Shown: positions 55,860-64,000 of the stretch, piece by piece
Numbering within the stretch: position 1 is the stretch's first letter
How the letters are laid out: each line of letters begins with the position of its first letter
Translations under genes and position numbers: made by a program
DNA from: Candidatus Poribacteria bacterium
GTDB lineage: Bacteria; Poribacteria; WGA-4E; WGA-3G
Length of the DNA stretch: 64,000 nt
Assembly: GCA_022821725.1 (NCBI GenBank)
Contig: JAJEDB010000043.1
Location: 22,563 to 86,562 of the forward strand
Reading direction: 5' to 3'
The notes under the pieces: model-generated
The model's input: the letters and a program-made list of their open reading frames with translations, nothing else
The model's database searches: none
What the model was told of the DNA's origin: nothing

Positions 55860-57317
55860 ATGCGTCCTCAAGGTCCCAATCTGCTCTATATCCATTCCGA
55901 CCAGCATAACCCGTATGTGACGGGTTGCTACGGCGACCCGTTGGTGCAAACCCCTCATCTCGATAGCCTCGCCGCCGAGGGAGTAGTGTTTGAAAACGTC
56001 TATTGTCCATCTCCGATCTGCGTGCCATCCCGGATGTCAATGTTGAGTGGACGCTACCCGCATGAGAACGCCGTCTGGACGAACAGCCACATCCTCGATT
56101 CTGGGATTCCGACTTTCGCACATGCGATGGGTGCAGCGGGGTATCAACCTGTGCTCATTGGAAGGATGCATGCCTTGGGACCTGATCAGCTGCACGGGTA
56201 TGCCGAACGCCTCGTCGGGGACCACGGTCCGAACTATCACGGTGGGGGTGGTGTCGATCACGGTGAACTTTCTGGCACAGCAGGACCGGCACGTGTGAGT
56301 CTCGAAAAATCAGGGGCAGGGCAGAGCGCTTATCAGGTGCACGATGAGGATGTGACGGCTGCGACAGTGGATTACCTCAATCGACTCGGTGTCCAGAAAC
56401 GGGCAGGACTTTTAGACGCACCCTTCTCCATTTCCGTTGGGTTTATGCTCCCGCATCAACCCTTCGTCGCCCGTCAGGAGGATTATCGACTGTATGAAGG
56501 GCAGATGACGATGCCCCAAAATCCTGAACCCTTTACGGAGGCGTTACATCCCTACTTTCAGTGGTGGCGTGAAAAATGTGGTATTGTTGAGGTCTCGGAT
56601 GCTGAGATATTACGTGCACGCACGGCGTATTGGGCATTGGTAACCCGAATGGACGTGATGATTGGACAGATCTTAACGGCACTCCGAGAAAACGGGTTAG
56701 ATGAGGATACCCTCATCCTGTATAGTTCAGATCACGGTGAACAGGTCGGCGAACACGGACTCTGGTGGAAACAGACGTTTTATGAACATTCCGTGAAGGT
56801 CCCGACAATTTTATCGTGGCGTGGTGCTTTACCGGAAGGCGTGCGGTGCGATCGGGTTGTCAGTTCGCTCGATTTGAATGCCACGATGTTGGATGCACTG
56901 GGGGCACCATCTTTACCGCATTCCCGCGGGCGGAGCACCTTACCCCTTCTCCGCGGTGAGGATACACACTGGGAGGATATCGCCTTCTCTGAATATTGTA
57001 CCGATGACGGGTGCTATCATCGGATGGTCCGAGAGGGTGAGTGGAAGCTGAATTATTATCACGGACACCCCCCGCAATTGTTCAACTTGGAAGACGACCC
57101 AAACGAATCGCAGGACCGGGTAGACGATCCCGCATGCCAAGACATTTTAGCACGTATGACACAAAAAGTATTGGAGGGGTGGGACCCGGATGCGATTGCC
57201 GAGCAGATGGCTGCGAAACAAGCCGACACGCAACTTCTCGGCAGGTGGGGACGGAACATACAACCTGCAGACCAATACCGCTGGAATCTGCTACCAGAAA
57301 TGGATTATTTGGATTGA
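55860..57317 (+). CDS. Sulfatase (Cys-type formylglycine enzyme, choline-sulfatase-like)
   Basis: SDQH, CVPSR..MLSG, GRMH, PHQP, SDHGEQ.GEHGLW.K. Confidence 0.92.
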   Translation: MRPQGPNLLYIHSDQHNPYVTGCYGDPLVQTPHLDSLAAEGVVFENVYCPSPICVPSRMSMLSGRYPHENAVWTNSHILDSGIPTFAHAMGAAGYQPVLIGRMHALGPDQLHGYAERLVGDHGPNYHGGGGVDHGELSGTAGPARVSLEKSGAGQSAYQVHDEDVTAATVDYLNRLGVQKRAGLLDAPFSISVGFMLPHQPFVARQEDYRLYEGQMTMPQNPEPFTEALHPYFQWWREKCGIVEVSDAEILRARTAYWALVTRMDVMIGQILTALRENGLDEDTLILYSSDHGEQVGEHGLWWKQTFYEHSVKVPTILSWRGALPEGVRCDRVVSSLDLNATMLDALGAPSLPHSRGRSTLPLLRGEDTHWEDIAFSEYCTDDGCYHRMVREGEWKLNYYHGHPPQLFNLEDDPNESQDRVDDPACQDILARMTQKVLEGWDPDAIAEQMAAKQADTQLLGRWGRNIQPADQYRWNLLPEMDYLD

Positions 57318-57356
57318 AAGTGGAAGGCAGGTCAGAAACTCAATAGGAGAGACAAC

Positions 57357-58220
57357 ATGGCGAACAGTCCAATTCTCAAAGGTGAGCCTTTTAGCGAAGA
57401 GAAAACAGCACAGATTGCCGAGCAATTCTTCCGTGATGGCTTTGTTTACATTCCGGGGGTGTTGACTGAGGGAGAGGTCACCGCATTACGGGAAAAATCT
57501 GATGCGTTTTTCGCGGATCCGAAACTTGCCGAGATAACGAATCCTGAACTCGCAGATGTCAGATACATCCAGATGGGTGCACATGCCGAATCCCAGGAAA
57601 CGCTACCCTTCATTTTACGGAACACGATCGAACTCGATCCGATTTTCCGGGATATGCTGCTCCGTGAACCGATTCTGAGCTTGGCAGAGGCGATCGTCGG
57701 TGAGAACTGCAAGTTTTGTGGGCAGAACGTCCTACGGAACCTCCCTGGGCTATCGATTGACCGGTGGCATGTTGACGGCTCGGTTCACTTCCCAGTAACC
57801 GAGAAAATGCCGCGCCACGATCCCCGTCTCCGGATGCCTGTGATGTGGTTCACCGTCCAGATGGCGTTGAACGATATTGATACGATTGAAGAGGGACCGA
57901 CGCAATACGTCCGTGGCAGCCATTACTCCGGCAGACATCCTAACGATCAGGAAAACCCCGAATTTGAAGGAAATAAACCTGTTTCTATCTTATGTAAGGC
58001 GGGCGACATCTACCTACAGGATCCGCAGTGTTGGCATCGGGGTGCCCCGAACCTTTCGGGTAAGACGCGTTATATTTTGCAATCGCAGTATGCGGCATAT
58101 TGGGCATATTGGCGGTTTAGTCTCTGCAACGGCGTGCCTGTCCCTAAAGACGCACTGGAAAATGCAGACGATCGTTTGATGAGCCTTTTAGGACGCCCGC
58201 GTGTGAGTGAGTTGAATTAA
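57357..58220 (+). CDS. PhyH-family dioxygenase
   Basis: FFRDGF, WHVD, GPT.YV.GSH, KAGD...WHRG.PN. Confidence 0.88.
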   Translation: MANSPILKGEPFSEEKTAQIAEQFFRDGFVYIPGVLTEGEVTALREKSDAFFADPKLAEITNPELADVRYIQMGAHAESQETLPFILRNTIELDPIFRDMLLREPILSLAEAIVGENCKFCGQNVLRNLPGLSIDRWHVDGSVHFPVTEKMPRHDPRLRMPVMWFTVQMALNDIDTIEEGPTQYVRGSHYSGRHPNDQENPEFEGNKPVSILCKAGDIYLQDPQCWHRGAPNLSGKTRYILQSQYAAYWAYWRFSLCNGVPVPKDALENADDRLMSLLGRPRVSELN

Positions 58221-58243
58221 GGCGTCTGGAAACGAGGAAAAAC

Positions 58244-59644
58244 ATGGCTGAAACACCACTTCATTTCAGAACGATTACCGAGATCTCGGCAGCGATTGCT
58301 ACAAAACAGGTATCGCCTGTAGAGATTACGACTGCGATGTTGCAGCGTATCGACGCACTTGACGGTCAATTGAAGAGCTACGCCACGGTGATGGCGGACT
58401 CCGCGATGGCTGCAGCGCAGAAGACGGAGCAGGAGATTGACGCAGGAATGTCCCGCGGTCCGTTGCACGGTGTGCCGATTGCGGTAAAGGATCTCTGCTT
58501 TACAAAAGGTGTCCGCACGATGGGAGCGGCGAAAGTTCTCGCGGATCACGTTCCATCGTTTGATGGCACTGTTATCGCAAAGCTTAAATCAGCGGGTGCA
58601 GTGCTGCTTGGGAAACTCAACCTGACGGAAGGCGCGATGGGCGGCTATAATCCTGAATTCGATATTCCGAAAAATCCGTGGAATCCTGACCGGTGGACAG
58701 GCTCATCGTCGAGCGGTTCCGGTGTGGCAACAGCCGCAGGATTGTGTTTCGGTTCACTCGGCAGCGACACAGGCGGTTCCATCCGATTCCCTTCAGCGGC
58801 ATGCGGTATTGTCGGTATAAAACCGACGTGGGGGAGAGTCAGTCGCTACGGGGTACTCGCGCTCGCCGAGTCGATGGACCATGTCGGTCCAATGACGCGG
58901 AGTGTCGCGGATGCCGGCATTATACTTGAAGCCATTGCTGGGTTTGACGAAAACGATCCGACTTCTCTGCCGACGCCTGTGCCGAATATGCTTGCGCGAA
59001 TTGGGCAGGACCTTCAGGGCATTCGCATTGGATTTGACGAGAACTATGCCACGAACGATATTGACCCTGAACTCGCCGAAGCAGTGCACGCTGGCGTGGA
59101 AGTCTTGGGGGATCAAGGTGCTGACATCGTTGAAGTGCAAGTACCAGATGTCGATGAATACGTCTCCGCATGGCCCACGCTGTGTTCAACAGAGGCAGTA
59201 TTAGCACACGCCGCCACGTATCCGTCCCGACGGGAGGATTACGGTCCTTGGTTTCGAGGTTGGCTGGATATGGGAGCACAGGTGACAGGTGCCGAATACG
59301 CAAAGGCGAACAATTTGAGAGCCGCCTGCACAGGACATCTCAGGCGGGTGTTTGAGGGGATCGATGTGCTGGTGTGTCCGTCAATGTCAGCACCACCACA
59401 CCGCATCACGCCAAAGATATTGTATGGACGGTATGATGCCCGGGACCCGAAATTCCAACGGTTCACCGTGCCGTTTGACTACAACGGGGCACCGACGCTA
59501 TCTGTGCCGTGTGGCATGAACAGCGAAGGGCTACCGTTGAGCATTCAGTTTGTCGGAAAACACTTGTCAGAGCCGTTGTTGTGTCAGGTCGGACACGCTT
59601 ACGAAAGTGCTACGCCGTGGCACAATCTCCATCCCGATGTTTAA
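58244..59644 (+). CDS. Amidase-signature family amidase
   Basis: LHGVPIAVKD, GSSSGS, GSDTGGSIRFP. Confidence 0.92.
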   Translation: MAETPLHFRTITEISAAIATKQVSPVEITTAMLQRIDALDGQLKSYATVMADSAMAAAQKTEQEIDAGMSRGPLHGVPIAVKDLCFTKGVRTMGAAKVLADHVPSFDGTVIAKLKSAGAVLLGKLNLTEGAMGGYNPEFDIPKNPWNPDRWTGSSSSGSGVATAAGLCFGSLGSDTGGSIRFPSAACGIVGIKPTWGRVSRYGVLALAESMDHVGPMTRSVADAGIILEAIAGFDENDPTSLPTPVPNMLARIGQDLQGIRIGFDENYATNDIDPELAEAVHAGVEVLGDQGADIVEVQVPDVDEYVSAWPTLCSTEAVLAHAATYPSRREDYGPWFRGWLDMGAQVTGAEYAKANNLRAACTGHLRRVFEGIDVLVCPSMSAPPHRITPKILYGRYDARDPKFQRFTVPFDYNGAPTLSVPCGMNSEGLPLSIQFVGKHLSEPLLCQVGHAYESATPWHNLHPDV

Positions 59645-59671
59645 GTAGGGGTTGGGTTCTCCAGTTCCTAC
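59645..59671. repeat. REP-like palindrome between convergent genes; includes the lactonase stop codon
   Basis: GTAGGGGTTGGG-TTC-TCCAGTTCCTAC. Confidence 0.55.
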
Positions 59672-60696
59672 TTTTGCGGCAGGTGATACCCCTCTTTCAG
59701 CGTTTGGATGCTGTAGAGGCAATTTTCTGCCGTGATATAGAGCGTCTTGCTCGTTTTGCCGCGTCCGAAGGCGACGTTCGTGGGTTTATCGGGGGTCTTA
59801 ACATATGCCAACTCCTCCCCTTCAGGTGTATAGACGCGGACTCCCGGATGGGTTTCATCTCGCACCGCTACGAAGAGATTTCCCTCAGCATCAACCACCA
59901 TACCGTCTGGACCGTCTTGTGGGGCGTAATCAACCAGCACTTTTCGGAAAGTCGCTGTGCCTTCCGATGAGAGGTCGTAGGCGAGGAGTGCCATACGTCC
60001 ATTCAGCAGGGGCACATCCTCAGGAAAACTATCCATCGCACCGTTGTCATGGCTGATGACATAAAGCGTTTGTTGATCCGGAGAGACCGCCACACCGTTG
60101 GGTTTGCCAGCATCCGTAACGATGAGATGCACAGAGCCATCTGGATCGATGCGATAGACACCAAAGATGGGCTGTTCAACGGGTTCATGCCCGGCATACC
60201 GAGGATCCGTAAAATAGATGCGTCCCTGCTCATCAATCGACAGATCGTTGGGTGAGTTAAAGGGTTTTCCGTTATAGAGACCGGCAATAATTTCGCACTT
60301 ACCTGTCGTCAGGTCTGTCCGAGTAATCCTACGTCCCCCGAAATCCGCGCCCTCTGCGACAACCAAGCGACCCTGTGCGTCAAACTTCGTCCCGTTCGAC
60401 ATGCCACTCGGAGAACGGAAAACGGTTGTTTCCCCAGTCTCTGGATTGTGTTTCCAGATGTTCCCAGCTTGCATATTCGTCTGATCGGTGAAGGTAATGT
60501 CGCTGAAATAGACTGTCCCGTCCGGAGCGACGGAGACCCCTTCCGTAAAATGTGCTTCGTTGAAGAGTTCTTTAAGCTCGGCATCCGGGGCAAAGATGGT
60601 ATTGTGGCTGGCAGCGTTTCCAATCAAGGCAGGTGCTAACGCGAAACCCGCAGCAACGGCACATGCAAGCGTTTGTGACATATTTAGATTCGGCAT
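59668..60696 (-). CDS. SMP-30/gluconolactonase family protein, probably exported
   Basis: FTEG, SNG, NSPND, PNG, PDGM..D..GNL, TNVAFG. Confidence 0.9.
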   Translation of the reverse strand: MPNLNMSQTLACAVAAGFALAPALIGNAASHNTIFAPDAELKELFNEAHFTEGVSVAPDGTVYFSDITFTDQTNMQAGNIWKHNPETGETTVFRSPSGMSNGTKFDAQGRLVVAEGADFGGRRITRTDLTTGKCEIIAGLYNGKPFNSPNDLSIDEQGRIYFTDPRYAGHEPVEQPIFGVYRIDPDGSVHLIVTDAGKPNGVAVSPDQQTLYVISHDNGAMDSFPEDVPLLNGRMALLAYDLSSEGTATFRKVLVDYAPQDGPDGMVVDAEGNLFVAVRDETHPGVRVYTPEGEELAYVKTPDKPTNVAFGRGKTSKTLYITAENCLYSIQTLKEGYHLPQK

Positions 60697-60757
60697 ATTC
60701 GACTCCTTCCGATTCCATTTTTGAATGGCAAAATTCTATCACACATTCTGAACGCCG

Positions 60758-61771
60758 TCAACCCATCGGATGCGGACCGTGGGTTATCACGTTCTGTCGG
60801 GCGTGCGCGTAGACGGCATCTTGGATTTCAAGGATACGCACCGCATCAACAACTGTCGGTTCAAAACTACCACCCTCGCGGATGGCATCAAAGGCACCCC
60901 CCATCACACCTTGAATCCTTGCACCATGTGAGATGTCCTCGCTGAACTCCACGCCTTCGGTTGTGTGCACTTCAATCAAAGGTTCACCGTTGCGACCATA
61001 CTGTTCAAAGACGGATGCCTTCGTTCCAATGAATCTAAAGAAGTGATCGCCACCGCGCGTCCCTGAGGGGTAGTTATACCCCGATTCAATAATGCCCGTG
61101 ATACCGTCTGCTGTTCGTAGGACACCGACACCACTGTCCTCTATAACGCGGCTGTGCATGGCATTGGACATGACCCCACCGACAACTGTAATTTCCCGAT
61201 CACCAACAAATTGAAGGAATGTATCGATACCATGCGCCGCTTCAACTGCCCAACACCCACCGCCCGATATACTCGGCGTGCTATGCCAAGCCGAAGGGGT
61301 CGGATCGTAACGGGATGGGGGTCCGTTGTTCAGTCTGCTGCTATAGAGGACGAGGTCCCCTAAACTTCCATCAGCGATCATCTCTTTGACGACTCCCACG
61401 ATTCGACTCGCACGATTCGGTAGCACCAGCGCGCTGAAGACGCCGTGCTTTTCAGAGGCTTCAGCGGCTGGACGCAGCCGATCCGCACAATCCGCGAACG
61501 GCTTGTCTAAAAGATACGGGATACGCCGGTCCACGCACGCCTGTACATGGTCGGGCATCTCAATGTGTTTCCCTGCGACGAGCGCTGCGTCCGGCTTGCT
61601 CACATCAAGGCACGCTGCTGTCTCATATCCGGGACATTCAAAATCGTCTGACAACTGCTGTCGCGGTTCTGCTTCGGCATCCATGACCCCTACAATCTCG
61701 TGTCCGAGTCCATGCGCCGTGCGTGCCATACTGCGTCCGTGGTGACTATAGGAAAGAACAACCAGTTTCAT
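60758..61771 (-). CDS. Gfo/Idh/MocA family oxidoreductase
   Basis: LLDKP, SGGG.W...A.H.ID, ED motif. Confidence 0.8.
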   Translation of the reverse strand: MKLVVLSYSHHGRSMARTAHGLGHEIVGVMDAEAEPRQQLSDDFECPGYETAACLDVSKPDAALVAGKHIEMPDHVQACVDRRIPYLLDKPFADCADRLRPAAEASEKHGVFSALVLPNRASRIVGVVKEMIADGSLGDLVLYSSRLNNGPPSRYDPTPSAWHSTPSISGGGCWAVEAAHGIDTFLQFVGDREITVVGGVMSNAMHSRVIEDSGVGVLRTADGITGIIESGYNYPSGTRGGDHFFRFIGTKASVFEQYGRNGEPLIEVHTTEGVEFSEDISHGARIQGVMGGAFDAIREGGSFEPTVVDAVRILEIQDAVYAHARQNVITHGPHPMG

Positions 61772-61881
61772 ATTTTAATTTTTCCTTGCGGTTCGGTAAG
61801 GGAAGTTAGAGACTTCACGTGCCATTCCGTAGATCTGCAGAAATACCCAAGCAAAAACCCTGCTCCGTTGTTGCAGGCTAC
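61772..61881 (-). repeat. Leader repeat, copy F (110 bp), ending at the Gfo/Idh/MocA ATG
   Basis: Minus strand GTAGCCTGCAACAACGGAGCAGGG ... CCGCAAGGAAAAATTAAAAT-ATG. Confidence 0.85.
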
Positions 61882-61898
61882 GACTTCGCTAAATCTAT

Positions 61899-61959
61899 CT
61901 TTAATTTTTCCTTGCGGTTCGATAAGGGAAGTTAGAAGTTTCACGTGCTATTCCATTTT
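61899..61959 (-). repeat. Leader repeat, partial copy G (3' half), a tandem duplicate of F
   Basis: TTTAATTTTTCCTTGCGGTTCGRTAAGGGAAGTTAGA repeated at about 61774 and 61900. Confidence 0.8.
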
Positions 61960-63885
61960 TCATCTATAAAATGAATACATCGGCATCCCTGTGATGAGTC
62001 GAATCAGCACCCATACACCCCCTACCATGAATTCGCCAAGTATCAGTCCTAAAAAGAGTGGATACGCTTTGCGATAGAGGCGAATCCCGCCCACCTTCAG
62101 CAATATTGTTTTGACACCCCAACTGATCAGTATCGAAAACCACAACCGACCGATCGTTGATTTTTCACCAGCGACCATATACCCGGCAGGATGAAAGGGC
62201 CAGAACGGAAATATTGTGCGTAGCCACCAGAAGAAGCCGGTAAAAAGCGCGCCGATGCCGATAAAAATCACGGCAGGAATATCGGTATCGACCGGGTGAT
62301 AGATCCAACTTTGCAAAAGGTTGTAACCACCGGTACCGAGGTCACTCACAACACCGATGTTGTATCCGACAACAAGATACGCCCAAAAGGATGCCAGAAT
62401 CCCGATTACCGAGGCGAACATCATCGCCACAATGAGTCTACCGGAGCGCATGCCTGTTTCCTCTGCGAGTTTGAAGCCTTCCAGTGTATGTGGCATCGGA
62501 TGGGCGCGCGACCCACGATTGAAGGTGAGATAGAGACGCATCATCGTTAAACTACCGTGCGAAATCAATCGTGTGCCGAAAATATCTGTGAGGATATCGT
62601 GAGGCGTTGCATACGTCCGTATTGTCGGGGGTCCGACTTCAGCACGGATGCGCGTCAGACTCATCGCTAACAGGTAATAAATTAAAAAGTAAAGCCCGAT
62701 TGTCCAAAATTCCATGCCACCTTGTCGTGAGAAAGCGAATAGGAAAAACAAGCCGCACACCAACCCGATCGCGGCCCAGCGATAGCGCATGGGTTCTCTA
62801 CTGTCGTCAATGGCGCCGGGTGCCTTACGCCATCGAAAGATATACTTGAGAATCCTAAGAAAGTAGCGGCGTCCGCCCCACAGTGCGAGGCACGCCAGCA
62901 CAAGATAGCCCCCCATGACCTGTTGCCAGTCATAGGGGAACCCCGGCATAACATCAAGACCGATCGCGCTGCCCAGTATCCGTTGTGCTTTCCAGAACCA
63001 GTAGAAAAACCAAATTGAAAATGACATTTCCAATGGCATCAGATACGCGAGTCCGACGGCGAACGAGCGAATATAAACCGGGGTCCATCCCATTGAACTC
63101 CACGGTTTCTGTGTGAAGTATTGCCCCAGTTCAGCATGCCGCACGGGGACTTCGGGAATCTCTGGGAACAGCACATGGAGCCCGTTGATGAGGTTGATAC
63201 CCCCTGCGATCGAAAACCCAAGCCACATCATCGGGGATCGGAAAAGCCGTCCGTCGAGCCGTGTCATTTCCAAGGGTAATTGCACAATCGGGTACGTCAA
63301 TCGTTCATGCTCGATCCACTGCCTTCGAAGAAAAACGTCCAAGCAGATCATAACCCAGATGAGGACGGTCAGGAAGAGTGTCCACCAGAAAATCGGACGT
63401 AGCCACCCCCGCAGATGCCCCATCCTGTAGATAGTGCTCTCTCCGTCATAGAACGCCGGCAGGCTTGCCATATCGTTAGAGGTCAGCCACGCAGGGAGAT
63501 ACCGCCAAAACAGCTGTTTCCATTCGTTTTCAGGGGTTGCGAACCAGAAAGCATCGGTTATTGTCGGGATAACGGTTTGCATCATATCGTGCCCTGCGAT
63601 CGCCGAAGAGAGCGACAGCATCACAAAGACCGTCAGGAGTTCACCCTGTCTCAGCGCAAACCGTGGGAGAAACCGATTTAGCAGAAGGTTAAACGGGATG
63701 AGCACCATCAACGTGATAATCACGTTATAGATGAGGGACATCGTCGTCGGGAGAGTACTCCAGAATTTGAGGTGGTTTGCCATGATGAAGTAGGTATTCA
63801 CCGGAATCAGTAGCAAACCGAGTATGATGGCGCGAACCGTTACGCCGGGATGGGGATTTTGATTTTTTTGTGTTGCGTTTGCCAT
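61960..63885 (-). CDS. Uncharacterised polytopic membrane protein (DUF6785/DUF6784-like), paralogue 3
   Basis: AIAGHD, ATPENEW, QWIEHERLTYP, RIRAEVGPP, HPMPHTLEGFK, WPFHPAGY, GLILGE. Confidence 0.75.
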   Translation of the reverse strand: MANATQKNQNPHPGVTVRAIILGLLLIPVNTYFIMANHLKFWSTLPTTMSLIYNVIITLMVLIPFNLLLNRFLPRFALRQGELLTVFVMLSLSSAIAGHDMMQTVIPTITDAFWFATPENEWKQLFWRYLPAWLTSNDMASLPAFYDGESTIYRMGHLRGWLRPIFWWTLFLTVLIWVMICLDVFLRRQWIEHERLTYPIVQLPLEMTRLDGRLFRSPMMWLGFSIAGGINLINGLHVLFPEIPEVPVRHAELGQYFTQKPWSSMGWTPVYIRSFAVGLAYLMPLEMSFSIWFFYWFWKAQRILGSAIGLDVMPGFPYDWQQVMGGYLVLACLALWGGRRYFLRILKYIFRWRKAPGAIDDSREPMRYRWAAIGLVCGLFFLFAFSRQGGMEFWTIGLYFLIYYLLAMSLTRIRAEVGPPTIRTYATPHDILTDIFGTRLISHGSLTMMRLYLTFNRGSRAHPMPHTLEGFKLAEETGMRSGRLIVAMMFASVIGILASFWAYLVVGYNIGVVSDLGTGGYNLLQSWIYHPVDTDIPAVIFIGIGALFTGFFWWLRTIFPFWPFHPAGYMVAGEKSTIGRLWFSILISWGVKTILLKVGGIRLYRKAYPLFLGLILGEFMVGGVWVLIRLITGMPMYSFYR

Positions 63886-64000
63886 ACAGAGACTGGAACT
63901 TGGTATTTGTGATGGAGCGATTTTTTACGGCAGGGCGTTTGAGGGTTATTTGAAAATGGCGACGGCGATGGAGATAATTATGGCACCGATGGCACATGCA

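Noticed and set aside
2568-61959. 88-bp repeat as a CRISPR array or integron attC sites
   Set aside because: Copies are dispersed rather than arrayed, lack RYYYAAC/GTTRRRY ends, precede housekeeping genes, and no cas or integrase gene is present

Overview
A 64-kb bacterial chromosomal window, most likely from Candidatus Poribacteria or a close relative. This is inferred from a 'LAVxPxGKLATxWGxLK' C-terminal motif and from expanded PhyH, sulfatase and DUF6785-type families. Contents in order: gcvP (5'-truncated), trkAH, pdxH, an interrupted complex I operon (nuoABCD-[cargo]-EFGH-JKLM-[Na+/H+ antiporter]-N, with no nuoI), three toxin-antitoxin-like pairs across the window, a Cu-type P1B ATPase and a small AT-rich islet of possible defence genes. 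Then come LPS glycosyltransferases, pyrK, bioB, a type II restriction-modification pair, serS, tRNA-Asp and tRNA-Val, an amidase plus GHL10 hydrolase pair, and a catabolic region (sulfatases, PhyH dioxygenases, an enolase-family dehydratase, amidase, lactonase). Three paralogous ~630-680 aa uncharacterised polytopic membrane proteins are also present. The most striking non-coding signal is a ~88-bp structured repeat (GTAG-hairpin ... CCGCAAGGwAwAwTTAAAA). It ends exactly at the start codons of five different genes, and an inverted copy abuts the trkH stop codon. It is a candidate mobile or portable translation-initiation leader. Several other REP/MITE-like families also populate the intergenic spaces. 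All calls come from reading the sequence; no database searches were run.
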